A DNA stretch of 41,843 nt from a bacterium (GCA_043736515.1 JAYTCK010000069.1:1-41843), one strand, 5' to 3'; positions 1 to 9,996 are shown, counted from the first letter of the stretch. Made by a program: numbers and translations. Notes: generated by a model from the sequence alone, not told the origin.

Positions 1-17
1 GCCACTTCAATGTAATT

Positions 18-491
18 ATGATTTCTGTCCCCACACCGAAGCCGCGAGGAATCTCCATACTCGAGGTGGTGGTCGCCATTTCTATCATCACGCTTATGAG
101 TGTGCTTGTGTACGCGCCTTTCAATGATTTTCGTGCACAAAAAACACTTGATGCATCGGTGGAAAAAATACTTTCCGCCTTCAGTCAGGCTCATCTCGAC
201 ACCATATCATCAAAAAATAATAACCAATACGGTGTGCATATTGCCGCGGGGGAGGTTGTCTACTTCACTGGTCCGACTTATGCAACGGGTACTGCGACGA
301 ATCTCATTTTCACACTTCCACCTGCGATAGAAATTTATAGCATTAGCCTCACGGGAGGAGGCAGTGACGTGCTCTATCAGCGGCTTTCAGGCGCAACAAA
401 TCAAAACGGCACCTTTAAATTGCGTCCAAAAGGCAGAGTAAGTCCTGTGACAACTATTACGGTAAATAAAACGGGCGCAACTTCGATTTGA
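18..491 (+). CDS. Type IV minor pilin / pseudopilin (FimT/GspH-like)
   Basis: Class III prepilin signal RG|ISILEVVVAISII followed by a hydrophobic helix; first gene of a pilin cluster. Confidence 0.8.
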   Translation: MISVPTPKPRGISILEVVVAISIITLMSVLVYAPFNDFRAQKTLDASVEKILSAFSQAHLDTISSKNNNQYGVHIAAGEVVYFTGPTYATGTATNLIFTLPPAIEIYSISLTGGGSDVLYQRLSGATNQNGTFKLRPKGRVSPVTTITVNKTGATSI

Positions 492-542
492 CGGCACCAG
501 CCGCTTCTTTCGTGTTGGCATAACTTGGTCTATAATTAACAT

Positions 543-1079
543 ATGTGTTTGTTCACTAAGTTTTTTAAAGCACACAAGAGTAGAATGCCCACATGCTCTC
601 GTGTGGGGTTTACGCTCATAGAAATTGTTCTTGCTTCAGGAATTCTTTCGACATTTATGGTTTCTATTGCACTTTACTATAAAAAGATCTTGGACGTTAG
701 TGAAGACACCACGCGTCACATTCAATCAGGTTTTTTGCTCGAAGAGGGCCTTGAGGCGGTAAAACTTATGCGTGATTTGAGCTGGTCTACAAACATCGCT
801 CCGCTTTCGACAACAACGACATATTATCTTTATTGGACAGGCACTACGTGGACCAGCACTACAACTTCCGTGGTAATTGAGAATGTATTTACGCGAACAT
901 TTACCCTTGGCGATGTGTATCGTGATGCCTTTGATAATATTGTAGCCACTCAAGCCCTCGGAACCTTCGGCACGAGCAGTAAGAAAATAATTTTTAATGT
1001 AGTGTGGCAAAGCAAGGGGGGGCGTGTAACGAAAACAAAAACAGCAGAAACATATATTATGAATTTATTTAGCAATTAG
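543..1079 (+). CDS. Type IV minor pilin (PilV-like); true start may be ATG 585
   Basis: G|FTLIEIVLASGIL N-methylation motif; LEEGLEAVK helix typical of PilV-like proteins. Confidence 0.8.
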   Translation: MCLFTKFFKAHKSRMPTCSRVGFTLIEIVLASGILSTFMVSIALYYKKILDVSEDTTRHIQSGFLLEEGLEAVKLMRDLSWSTNIAPLSTTTTYYLYWTGTTWTSTTTSVVIENVFTRTFTLGDVYRDAFDNIVATQALGTFGTSSKKIIFNVVWQSKGGRVTKTKTAETYIMNLFSN

Positions 1080-1086
1080 CGACGAG

Positions 1087-1605
1087 ATGATATTTCACAG
1101 GAACACAAAGAAAGGGTTTTCACTAATTGAAGTCGTCGTATACGTTTCACTTTTTTCGACGTTATCTGGCGTTGCCATGGCCTCACTTTTTGCCTCTGTC
1201 AGAGCATTTAATGAATTGCGCATTTCTCGGGATATTAATGATTCATCAGTGACCATTATGGAGCGACTGACGCGCGACATCAAAAGCGCAACGACGATCG
1301 ACCTCATTAACAGCACATTTGGCGCCACTCCCGGAAGACTGACCCTTAATACACGCAACGCCTCCGGCACCACGCTCGTTGTTGAATATTACGTTGCGAC
1401 ATCAACATTGCGTATCAAAGAGAACGGCATAGATGTCGGTTCGCTCATGTCCGCAAAAACAAAAGTGGACGGCCTCATTTTTCGTCAGATCAATCTCGGC
1501 AATACCGTGGCTGTCAAAACAGAACTTCATCTCAAATCTTCTCGAGGCTCAGTGAGTGACGCGGATCATTTTTATAATACGAGCATACTGCGTGGCAGCT
1601 ATTGA
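1087..1605 (+). CDS. Type IV minor pilin (PilW/PulJ-like)
   Basis: KKG|FSLIEVVVYVSLF motif; MERLTRDIKSA segment typical of PilW/PulJ. Confidence 0.85.
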   Translation: MIFHRNTKKGFSLIEVVVYVSLFSTLSGVAMASLFASVRAFNELRISRDINDSSVTIMERLTRDIKSATTIDLINSTFGATPGRLTLNTRNASGTTLVVEYYVATSTLRIKENGIDVGSLMSAKTKVDGLIFRQINLGNTVAVKTELHLKSSRGSVSDADHFYNTSILRGSY

Positions 1606-1609
1606 TACT

Positions 1610-3427
1610 ATGTCTATAATAAAAACATTTATAAAAAACAAAGAGCGCGGCGCAGCACTGATGATCGTCGTATTTTTCTTCGTCACGATTTCAATTGCGA
1701 TCGTACAGTCCGCAACAATGGGAGCAATTGCCGAGCTGCGTACATACCGCACACTCGCATCATCTAAATTTGCCTATGTGGCGGCAGAGGCGGGGATCGA
1801 GGATATCTATTTTCGTACAATAAGGGAGATGCAGATACCTAGTACTGCAACGATAGTACTTAACAATGCAACATCGAGTGTGACCGTAAATAACATTTCT
1901 GCTACCGAAAAGGATATTTTTGCTACGGGGTGGACCGAGAGCACGTATCGTAAACTTTTTATGAAAACATCTAAGGTGTATAGTGTCTCACTCCTCTACG
2001 GTGCACAGATAGGCGAAGGTGGAGCGACCATGAATAATGGCTCTAAGGTAAATGGGCTCGGCCTTACCGATGGTGACGTGCATTCAAACGGTGCTATTGT
2101 GGGCGGCAGTGCGAATATTACTGGCGATGTGACGGTCGCCGCCCGCCTTGAGAACGACCAGATCGCAAGCTCAACCGTGTGTAATACCAGTGAGGTTATG
2201 GGTCAATCAAATCCCAAAATAGATCATGCGCAAAGTTTTGTGATGTCGAGCACTTCTCCCGATACGCTGGCAAGGGTCTCTCTCTACTTGATGCGTAACG
2301 GCAATCCCGCAAATGCAACGTTACGTATTGTTGCTGATGTGGGGGGATTTCCCGGCACGTCTACTGCTCACACACTCGCCACACAAGTCATTCCATATTC
2401 AATTGTTGGAACTTCACTGGGATGGGTAGATGTGAATTTTGCTACTCCTACTTTTTTAAATCCTGGCGTGACGTATTGGCTGGTTTTTGATTCAGGACAA
2501 CACGCATCACGTTATTGGTATTGGTGCAGAAGCACTGCCGATGTGTATTCGCTCGGCTCCCCTGTGTATAAACAGGACTGGAGTTCTGCTTTGGCTTGGA
2601 CCGCACTTGGAGGAGATTTAAATTTTAAACTTGCCTGGGGGGGCGGTACAAGCATTATCAACGGTATTGCCATCTCGGGGACAGCAAAGGCGGACACGAT
2701 CACCGGTGCGACAATTGGTGGCGACGCCTACTATCAAACAATTAGCGGATCAACGGTAGCAGGAACTTCGTTTCCCGGATCGCCCACTCCCTCATACGTC
2801 GCGCTTCCGCTCACTGCTACGGCAATAACTCAATGGAAAAATGATGCAGAAAACGGTGGAGTTATTGCTGGCGACTACACAATTGGTGGTGGTAGCAGCG
2901 TACAACTGGGCCCCCGAAAAATTACAGGAAATCTTACCATTGAAAATGGCTCAACACTCACACTGACGGGAACGGTGTATGCTACTGGGGCGATTGTCAT
3001 GAATAATAACGTATTAGTAAAATGCCACTTCGACTTCGGCTCGAGGGGATGCATTTTAATGTCCGACAAATCCATCAACATCGGCAACAACGCAACGTTC
3101 GGGGGCTCAGGGAGTGCTGGAAGTTACGTCTTCGTGCTCTCGACGAAACAGGGGTGTCTTGGGCCCGGCTCTTCTACACTCGAGTGCACAACCAATAATA
3201 GCGCTATAGCCATTTCAAATAACGTTAATTACGCACTTTTTTACGCAGGAGAGTCAATGGTGGATATCTCTAATAATGCAAAAATTACTGCGGTTGTGGG
3301 ATACAAACTTAGCCTCTCAAACAACACAGAAATAATTTATGACGGCGCACTCATGGACATGGGTTTTCAGCCGAGTGCTACGGGGACGACGGGGTCGTGG
3401 AATGTCAGCCGCTGGAACGAATTCTAA
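1610..3427 (+). CDS. PilX-like N-terminus fused to a large beta-rich putative adhesin
   Basis: ERG|AALMIVVFFF, then AYVAAEAGIED (PilX N-terminal motif); long Gly/Asn/Thr-rich beta region; start taken at ATG 1610 just after the upstream stop. Confidence 0.75.
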   Translation: MSIIKTFIKNKERGAALMIVVFFFVTISIAIVQSATMGAIAELRTYRTLASSKFAYVAAEAGIEDIYFRTIREMQIPSTATIVLNNATSSVTVNNISATEKDIFATGWTESTYRKLFMKTSKVYSVSLLYGAQIGEGGATMNNGSKVNGLGLTDGDVHSNGAIVGGSANITGDVTVAARLENDQIASSTVCNTSEVMGQSNPKIDHAQSFVMSSTSPDTLARVSLYLMRNGNPANATLRIVADVGGFPGTSTAHTLATQVIPYSIVGTSLGWVDVNFATPTFLNPGVTYWLVFDSGQHASRYWYWCRSTADVYSLGSPVYKQDWSSALAWTALGGDLNFKLAWGGGTSIINGIAISGTAKADTITGATIGGDAYYQTISGSTVAGTSFPGSPTPSYVALPLTATAITQWKNDAENGGVIAGDYTIGGGSSVQLGPRKITGNLTIENGSTLTLTGTVYATGAIVMNNNVLVKCHFDFGSRGCILMSDKSINIGNNATFGGSGSAGSYVFVLSTKQGCLGPGSSTLECTTNNSAIAISNNVNYALFYAGESMVDISNNAKITAVVGYKLSLSNNTEIIYDGALMDMGFQPSATGTTGSWNVSRWNEF

Positions 3428-3556
3428 CAAAAGCCTTAATTTTAGCGCACTGCTTGTCCTTCCCACTTTGGGTTCGGAAGACGTATAACCCATACGTCTC
3501 CTCGAACACCAAAGTGCTCCAGGACTGCGCATTGCATCTAAAATTAAGGCTTTTGT
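3427..3556. repeat. 130-bp long imperfect hairpin element (intergenic)
   Basis: Perfect 19-bp terminal inverted repeats acaaaagccttaattttag / ctaaaattaaggcttttgt; inner stems cactttgg/ccaaagtg, gttcg/cgaac, agacgtat/atacgtct; loop aaccc. Confidence 0.85.
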
Positions 3557-3595
3557 ACATTCTGGCGAGGTTTGTTTGTCTGATATAATATTCCT

Positions 3596-4363
3596 ATGAA
3601 ATTAATTGTAGGCAATTGGAAGATGTATCCAAAAACGCTTCCCGAGGCGAAGACTATTTTTGCGGCTGAGAAAAAGAGTGTGCGAAATACAAAGCGTGTC
3701 AAAACGGTTATTTGTCCACCGCATCTTTTTGTTTATCCGCTTATTTCCGCTTTGGGTAAAGGTACAAAAGGACTTACTATTGGTGCGCAAAATGTATTTG
3801 GGGAAGATGAGGGTGCACGTACTGGGGAGACTTCTCCTAAGGCACTCAGTTCGATTGGGGCAACTCACGTTATTATCGGTCATTCTGAACGCCGCGCGCT
3901 CGGAGAAACGAACGCCCTGGTTGCGCAAAAGGCTGGAAGGGCAGCTGCCAACAAGCTCACGACAATATTGTGCGTAGGCGAACATGGGCGTGATGATGGC
4001 GGTGCCTATTTCAAGGAAGTAAGCGAACAGTTGCGCCACTCCCTTGCCGGATTCCCGCGAGCCAGTACAAAATATTTAGTTATTGCCTATGAGCCTATTT
4101 GGGCAATCGGCGCCAAAGCACTCCGCCCGGCAACACCAGCCGATTTTCATGAAATGAGCATTCTCATTCGTAGACATATGGTTGAACAGTTTGGAAAGGC
4201 CGCGGGTTTTAAAATACCGATTATCTATGGAGGTTCCGTAGACGAGCGCAACGCTTTAGGGTTTTTGAAGGACGGAGAAGCTGACGGACTTTTAGTTGGA
4301 CGAGTAAGCCTCAACCCCGAGCAGTTTGGTGCGATTATTAAGATCGCAGAAAACATAAAATAA
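3596..4363 (+). CDS. tpiA: Triosephosphate isomerase
   Basis: VGNWKM, IIGHSERR, AYEPIWAIG, YGGSV and DGLLVG motifs. Confidence 0.97.
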   Translation: MKLIVGNWKMYPKTLPEAKTIFAAEKKSVRNTKRVKTVICPPHLFVYPLISALGKGTKGLTIGAQNVFGEDEGARTGETSPKALSSIGATHVIIGHSERRALGETNALVAQKAGRAAANKLTTILCVGEHGRDDGGAYFKEVSEQLRHSLAGFPRASTKYLVIAYEPIWAIGAKALRPATPADFHEMSILIRRHMVEQFGKAAGFKIPIIYGGSVDERNALGFLKDGEADGLLVGRVSLNPEQFGAIIKIAENIK

Positions 4364-5496
4364 TGATTACCCTGCCACTTGCTACCGAAAACAAAGATTT
4401 TTTCACTGGGAAGCGGGTGCTCCTTCGTCTGGATCTTAACGTGCCTCTTGAAAACGGGGAGGTACGTGACGCCTATCGAATTCATGAATCACTTCCAACC
4501 ATTGAACTTTTGCGGAGTGTCGGCGCACGAGTTATCATCATCAGCCATATTGGTAAGGGTGCACCTTCCGACACCCTCGCCCCCGTTGCAGAATATTTAC
4601 AAAAGAAATTTCCACTTACATTTCTTCCGTCTCTCATGAACGGAGAAAACACACGCGTAATAAATGAAATGGTAAATGGTGATGTGGTGATGCTTGAAAA
4701 TGTGCGCCACAATATCGGAGAGGAAAGCAATGACCCCGAGTTTGCTGCGTATCTTGCAGGCATGGCTGAGGTCTACGTGAACGACGCATTTTCTGTTTCT
4801 CACCGTGCACATGCATCGGTTGTTGGCATTCCCGCACTCCTCCCACACTTTGCAGGACCACGACTTGCCGAAGAAGTGAGCCGGCTTACCTTGGCGCTCT
4901 CGCCTGAGCACCCTTTTCTCTTCGTACTCGGCGGCGCCAAAATTTCAACAAAGATGCCGCTTCTCAAGAAATTTCTTAATAGTGCGGACCACGTCTTTGT
5001 CGGCGGCGCCATTGTTAATAATTTTTTTAAAGCAGCTGGTCACGAGATCGGCACATCGGTGTACGAAGCAAGTGAGATTGCTGGGCTAGAGGCATATACT
5101 CACCACGAACGATTGATACTGCCCACGGATGTCGTCGTCAAAAATGCTGCGGGGAGTGAGGTCCGCAAGATTGCGGATGTGACGCCCGGAGACATGATTG
5201 TTGATATTGGACTTGGTACGATAAAAAAAATGGAAACAATCATCGGCGAAGCAAAACTGATTGTTTGGAATGGACCTCTCGGATTTTATGAGGAAGGATT
5301 TACCGAAGGCACTCGTGAACTCCTCGGGCTTATTGCAGGAAGCCATGCCACATCGATCATTGGCGGGGGAGACACTGTCGCGCTCATTAATGAGATGGGT
5401 GCGCTTGATAAGTTTTCATTTGTCTCAACAGGAGGGGGCGCGATGCTCGACTTTTTGGCGAATGAAACACTCCCTGGCATCGAGGCATTAAAATAA
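4363..5496 (+). CDS. pgk: Phosphoglycerate kinase
   Basis: RLDLNVP, LENVR, VNDAFSVSHRAHAS, LGGAKISTK, WNGPLG, GGGDT and STGGGA motifs. Confidence 0.97.
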   Translation: MITLPLATENKDFFTGKRVLLRLDLNVPLENGEVRDAYRIHESLPTIELLRSVGARVIIISHIGKGAPSDTLAPVAEYLQKKFPLTFLPSLMNGENTRVINEMVNGDVVMLENVRHNIGEESNDPEFAAYLAGMAEVYVNDAFSVSHRAHASVVGIPALLPHFAGPRLAEEVSRLTLALSPEHPFLFVLGGAKISTKMPLLKKFLNSADHVFVGGAIVNNFFKAAGHEIGTSVYEASEIAGLEAYTHHERLILPTDVVVKNAAGSEVRKIADVTPGDMIVDIGLGTIKKMETIIGEAKLIVWNGPLGFYEEGFTEGTRELLGLIAGSHATSIIGGGDTVALINEMGALDKFSFVSTGGGAMLDFLANETLPGIEALK

Positions 5497-5563
5497 ACAC
5501 GTCTTTACATGTCTCGCATGTTCTTCTATAACAAGAAGAGACGTTATTTGAAGGAGTTTTGAA

Positions 5564-6793
5564 ATGGCCTATTGTGACTATGATCCGGTACTCCAGCTTG
5601 CCGATGTGCGTCCTGAAACTCGGTCTCAGGGTGTGAATCCTGCGCTCGAGGACAGCATTACATTTGCCCACGACCCCGCAGATATTGCCGCCGCTTTTCG
5701 CGGACAACGTGATGAAAACTTTTTCATCTACGGAAGATTCAGTCACCCCTCGCTCGTCTTTCTTGGCCGTCAGTTTAAGGCAATCGAAGACGCAAGGTTC
5801 GCACTGTGTCTCGCGAGCGGGCAAGCGTGTGCGGCACTTATTTTTTACTCACTCCTTAATCGCGGTGATCACATTGTTGTTTCCAACCGACTCTATGGCG
5901 GGACTGTCTCACTGCTTGATGATCTACCGCGCTCGCTTGGTATTCGTGTGACACGTGTGGACATCACCAACTTAGATGAAGTGGAGCAGGCGCTCAAAAA
6001 GAAGCGCACAAAACTTCTTTTTGTGGAATCGGTCTCCAATCCGTCCCTTGTCGCGTGCGATATTCCCAAGCTGGGAGCACTTGCACATAAGCAAGGTGCC
6101 TATCTTGGTGTCGACAACACGTTCATGCCACTTGCGGTTCTCCCACTTCGATGCGGAGCAGATCTGGTCATGCACAGCCTTACAAAGTTTGGTGGCGGCC
6201 AATCCGATGGACTAGGAGGAATCATTTGTGTTGGTGAGAGTATTGCAAGCGACGCAGAGCTATTAAAACGAATGAAGTCGTACCTTAGCTTGAATGGTCC
6301 GGTCATGAATCACGGACTTGCTCACGAAATTTCTAAACGCCTATCCCATTTGCGGATTCGTTTTCGTGAGGGATCACACTCTGCACAGGCAGTGGCCGAG
6401 GGATTGGTCCTAAGAGGAATACGTGTACATTATCCAAGTCTCGTTAGTTATGCACACATTGATGCGATGAATGCGATCCTTCGTACGCATTCGCTCGGCT
6501 ACGGTGCAGTACTTGCAGCAGATTTTGTGACAGGAGAAGCAGCAATGCAGTTCGCACGTAATCTTGATGTGACGCATGGAGGCTATTCTGCGGTAAGTCT
6601 CGGCAGTGCACACACTTATGTATGCGCTCCACTTGCGTCGGTGCATTGCGCACAGCACGACAAAGAGATAGCGGGCATGGCTAATCACCGCGCACCTCCC
6701 GAACTCACTCCCGGACTCGTACGTATTGCCTGCGGATACGAACTCCCGCCAGAACTCCAATGGAAGAAAGTCGAAGCAGCAATTCCACGATAG
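5564..6793 (+). CDS. Cys/Met metabolism PLP-dependent enzyme (cystathionine gamma-synthase / methionine gamma-lyase family)
   Basis: YGRFSHP, ASGQA, LYGGT, VESVSNP, VDNTF, HSLTKF (PLP lysine), AVSLG and GLVRI motifs. Confidence 0.88.
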   Translation: MAYCDYDPVLQLADVRPETRSQGVNPALEDSITFAHDPADIAAAFRGQRDENFFIYGRFSHPSLVFLGRQFKAIEDARFALCLASGQACAALIFYSLLNRGDHIVVSNRLYGGTVSLLDDLPRSLGIRVTRVDITNLDEVEQALKKKRTKLLFVESVSNPSLVACDIPKLGALAHKQGAYLGVDNTFMPLAVLPLRCGADLVMHSLTKFGGGQSDGLGGIICVGESIASDAELLKRMKSYLSLNGPVMNHGLAHEISKRLSHLRIRFREGSHSAQAVAEGLVLRGIRVHYPSLVSYAHIDAMNAILRTHSLGYGAVLAADFVTGEAAMQFARNLDVTHGGYSAVSLGSAHTYVCAPLASVHCAQHDKEIAGMANHRAPPELTPGLVRIACGYELPPELQWKKVEAAIPR

Positions 6794-6806
6794 ATCAGAA
6801 AAAAAC

Positions 6807-6833
6807 AACACCCATGTTACATGGGTGTTTTTT
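6807..6833. terminator. Bidirectional intrinsic terminator between convergent genes
   Basis: aacacccatg-tta-catgggtgtt stem with flanking A and T runs. Confidence 0.75.
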
Positions 6834-7239
6834 GTTTACTGCGGATCGTTTCTCCTGTTTTTTCCATTTCCCCCTCTTCGTATGGGGTGCCGTGCCAGTG
6901 ACGGAAGCCGTCTTTCTCGTAACGAGGAATAATATGCACATGGGAATGAAACACTATTTGTCCTGCAGCACCACCATTATTGATACCAATATTAATTCCA
7001 TCTGCCCCTACCGCCTTTTTGACTATTGGTGAAAGCGTGCGGACTGTCTCCATGAGTGTACAAAAATTCGCCGATGAAATATCATAAATATTTTCTGCGT
7101 GAGTTTTAGGAACAACTAAGGTATGCCCTTTATTTACTGGGTGAATATCGAGAAACGCATATGTATGCTCATTCTCAAAAACTTTTTCCGAAGGTATTTC
7201 ACCGGCAATTATTTTACAAAAGATACAATCCTTTTCCAT
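6817..7239 (-). CDS. HIT family (Hint-like) nucleotide hydrolase
   Basis: Starts MEKDCIFCKII; AFLDIHP, GHTLVVPK and the histidine triad HSHVHIIPR. Confidence 0.93.
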   Translation of the reverse strand: MEKDCIFCKIIAGEIPSEKVFENEHTYAFLDIHPVNKGHTLVVPKTHAENIYDISSANFCTLMETVRTLSPIVKKAVGADGINIGINNGGAAGQIVFHSHVHIIPRYEKDGFRHWHGTPYEEGEMEKTGETIRSKQKTPM

Positions 7240-7288
7240 ATATTGAGTATTATATAGGAGCGTGGACTGCTGTGGTAGTATAGGATTC

Positions 7289-8944
7289 ATGACCCCCCAC
7301 CCCCTCTCACTCACACTCCTTGCGAAACGAGGGATTACTGAGAATGCTGCGATTGAACGCTTCCTCTATCCGAACTATGAGCGTGACACGCATGATCCGT
7401 TTGGGATACTCAATATGGACCGCGCCGTCGAGCGCATTCTCCAGGCACTCCGGGAAGGAGAGAAATTTGTCATTTATGGTGATTATGACTGTGACGGCAT
7501 CCCCGGCTCTGTTGTCTTGCATGACCTTTTCAAAAAAATAGGCTGTTCTACGTTTTCGAATTACATCCCTCATCGTCACCACGAAGGATATGGTCTCAAC
7601 AAGGATGCAATAGCAAAATTTGCAAAAGAAGGAATCGGGCTCATCGTAACGGTGGACTGCGGAATTACCGACGTGGCGCAAGTGCAATTTGCGAATGAAT
7701 TAGGAGTTGATGTGATCATCACCGATCACCACCTGCCACAAGCCGTTCTTCCTCCTGCGTATGCAATTCTTAACTCAAAGCAAAATGGCGACACATATGC
7801 CGACAACATGCTCTGTGGGGCAGGCGTGGCATTCAAGCTTGCTCACGCTATTTTATTGCGCGGGAAATTTGCTGACATACCTCTCGGTTGGGAAAAATGG
7901 TTGCTTGATATGGCCGGCCTCTCCACAATCGCAGACATGGTCCCCCTCGTGAATGAGAATCGCGTTCTCGCATACTACGGGCTCAAAGTGCTTCGCAAAT
8001 CAGCCCGTCCCGGACTCCACGCACTTTTGTCGGAGGCCGGAGTCGACCAGCGGTATCTTACCGAAGAAGATGTTGGGTTTACCATCGGTCCGCGGATTAA
8101 TGCTGCGTCACGAATGGATGTACCATTTCGTGCATTTGAACTCCTCTCGACGCGTGATCCGCTTTTTGCAAAAGAACGCGCAATCTTTCTCGCTAGTCTC
8201 AACAACGAGCGCAAACAAGAGGTCGCACGGATGACCAAAGAGGCGAAACGCATACTTGAGAAGCGCCCTATGCGCGAAGTGATTGTTATCGGTAATCCTT
8301 CATGGCGTGTGGGTGTTGCGGGCATCGTTGCGAATCAATTAGCAGTAACATATGATCGCCCCGCGTTTGTGTGGGGCAAGGAAGGAAGTACGATGATGAA
8401 AGGCTCATGTCGCTCAGACGGCCGAGTAAATATCGTTGAGCTTATGATTGCCACACGAGAGGGGGTGTTTACACAAAAAGGGGGACATGAATTCTCTGGA
8501 GGATTCACGGTGGACAGCGAAGCAATCCACTTTCTTGAAGAAGCACTTTGTGATGCACACAAAACTATTGAGAAGAAGCAGAAAAATAATGCTGTTCCCA
8601 ATGCTGACGGAATACTCACCTTGGCAGAGGTAAACGAAGTAACATTTGCTGCAGTAGATGCGCTCGCACCATTTGGTGTAAGTAATCCAAAACCTGTTTT
8701 TTCTTTTAATCATGTGACAATTGAAAAAATTGAACTGTTTGGAAAAACACGGAATCATTTAAAATTGTCACTTACGGATGCTAGTGGAGGCAGGGCACAA
8801 GCCATCGCATTTTTTGCAACACCATCTGATTATGGAGATGCTGACATCACGGTCGGCTCGCGCATTACTCTTCTTGCGCATCTTGAGAAATCCTATTTCC
8901 GCTCCCGCCCAGAACTTCGCCTTCGCATAGTTGGCATACAGTAA
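7289..8944 (+). CDS. recJ: Single-stranded DNA exonuclease RecJ
   Basis: YGDYDCDG, EGYGL, TVDCGI, ITDHH, GPRINAASR, GSCRS and GGH motifs. Confidence 0.95.
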   Translation: MTPHPLSLTLLAKRGITENAAIERFLYPNYERDTHDPFGILNMDRAVERILQALREGEKFVIYGDYDCDGIPGSVVLHDLFKKIGCSTFSNYIPHRHHEGYGLNKDAIAKFAKEGIGLIVTVDCGITDVAQVQFANELGVDVIITDHHLPQAVLPPAYAILNSKQNGDTYADNMLCGAGVAFKLAHAILLRGKFADIPLGWEKWLLDMAGLSTIADMVPLVNENRVLAYYGLKVLRKSARPGLHALLSEAGVDQRYLTEEDVGFTIGPRINAASRMDVPFRAFELLSTRDPLFAKERAIFLASLNNERKQEVARMTKEAKRILEKRPMREVIVIGNPSWRVGVAGIVANQLAVTYDRPAFVWGKEGSTMMKGSCRSDGRVNIVELMIATREGVFTQKGGHEFSGGFTVDSEAIHFLEEALCDAHKTIEKKQKNNAVPNADGILTLAEVNEVTFAAVDALAPFGVSNPKPVFSFNHVTIEKIELFGKTRNHLKLSLTDASGGRAQAIAFFATPSDYGDADITVGSRITLLAHLEKSYFRSRPELRLRIVGIQ

Positions 8945-9030
8945 ATATTTGATACGCAGATGGCTAAGTTGACAATTAATACGAAAAGAATAGTATTTAG
9001 TGTAGTAACTTTCTGTTCTTAGGGTTAATA

Positions 9031-9177
9031 ATGGAATTACACAGCCTATTCTTTGCCGCTGGCGCTGTCTTTGCGGCAATTGGCCTCTATCAAATTTTTG
9101 TCAAAAAAGTTCCCGCTTCCAACTATGTGACGAGCGCATATAGCGGACTGCTCCTTGTTGCCTACATCCTGAAGTAA
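9031..9177 (+). CDS. Small (48 aa) two-helix membrane protein, below the ORF-track cutoff
   Basis: Hand translation MELHSLFFAAGAVFAAIGLYQIFVKKVPASNYVTSAYSGLLLVAYILK*; TTGACA (8969) and TAGTAT (8991) upstream; hairpin plus T-run downstream. Confidence 0.55.
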   Translation: MELHSLFFAAGAVFAAIGLYQIFVKKVPASNYVTSAYSGLLLVAYILK

Positions 9178-9280
9178 TCAGGCATAACCAAAAACTCGTC
9201 TATGAAAAAGTAGATGGGTTTTTTAATATCAAAATCAATTCACTGCACACCGTCAACTCAAAAATCAATTCAAAAATAAG

Positions 9281-9320
9281 AATTATGTTAACACAAGCGG
9301 TCGCTCAGATTAACATAATT
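9281..9320. repeat. 40-bp palindrome, copy A (imperfect)
   Basis: aattatgttaacacaagcggtcgctcagattaacataatt; 36/40 identical to copy B. Confidence 0.85.
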
Positions 9321-9328
9321 CATGTGTA

Positions 9329-9946
9329 ATGTATAATGAGTACATGGAGAGAAAAAAACACCGAAAGATCGTTGAGGAAGGTGCAAAAGTAGTGCGCCGG
9401 AGAACAAATATTCAACACGTATTATTACACACGATTGCATCAGCGGGTGTGCTCAGTGTTGCCTTGCTTGCACCGAATGCATTGCAAGTACTCCGCATGT
9501 TTGATGCAGGCAAGGCAAGGCAAATGAACCCAAAATATCTTTTTGGATCAGCATTTGAAAAATTACTCCAGAAGGGGATGGTGAAAATTGAGATGACAAG
9601 CAGGGGTAAGCGAGTGAGGCTTACCGAGCTCGGTGAGCACGAGTTCGCACGAATGGTCGCTCGGCATCCGGATCGAAGAGTCCACAAACATTGGGATAAG
9701 CGCTGGCGAATGGTGATCTATGACATTAGTGAAGAGAAAAAGCACATACGTCTGCGATTACAAGAGATGTTGCGAGAATTTGGATTTTATAAATTACAAA
9801 ATAGTATATGGATCTACCCCTATGACTGCGAAGCGCTCATGATTCTGCTCAAGGCTGATTTTAAAATCGGAGGCGAGGTATTGTACGCTGTTGTAGAGAA
9901 AATTGAAAATGATCAGCCTATCAAGAAATACTTTGCTCTAAAATAA
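9329..9946 (+). CDS. PaaX-like transcriptional regulator (winged HTH + Cas2-like ferredoxin-fold domain); start may be ATG 9344
   Basis: RLTELG wing; WDKRWRMVIYDISE...R..L...GFYKLQNSIWIYPYDC is the PaaX central-domain signature common in CPR. Confidence 0.8.
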   Translation: MYNEYMERKKHRKIVEEGAKVVRRRTNIQHVLLHTIASAGVLSVALLAPNALQVLRMFDAGKARQMNPKYLFGSAFEKLLQKGMVKIEMTSRGKRVRLTELGEHEFARMVARHPDRRVHKHWDKRWRMVIYDISEEKKHIRLRLQEMLREFGFYKLQNSIWIYPYDCEALMILLKADFKIGGEVLYAVVEKIENDQPIKKYFALK

Positions 9947-9956
9947 ACACTGAGCG

Positions 9957-9996
9957 AATTATGTTAACCCAAGCGGTCGCTTGGGTTAACATAATT
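9957..9996. repeat. 40-bp palindrome, copy B (perfect 19-bp arms)
   Basis: aattatgttaacccaagcg-gt-cgcttgggttaacataatt. Confidence 0.9.

Noticed and set aside
3421-3560. Integron attC site
   Set aside because: Lacks a proper RYYYAAC...GTTRRRY pair, and no integron integrase is present in the window
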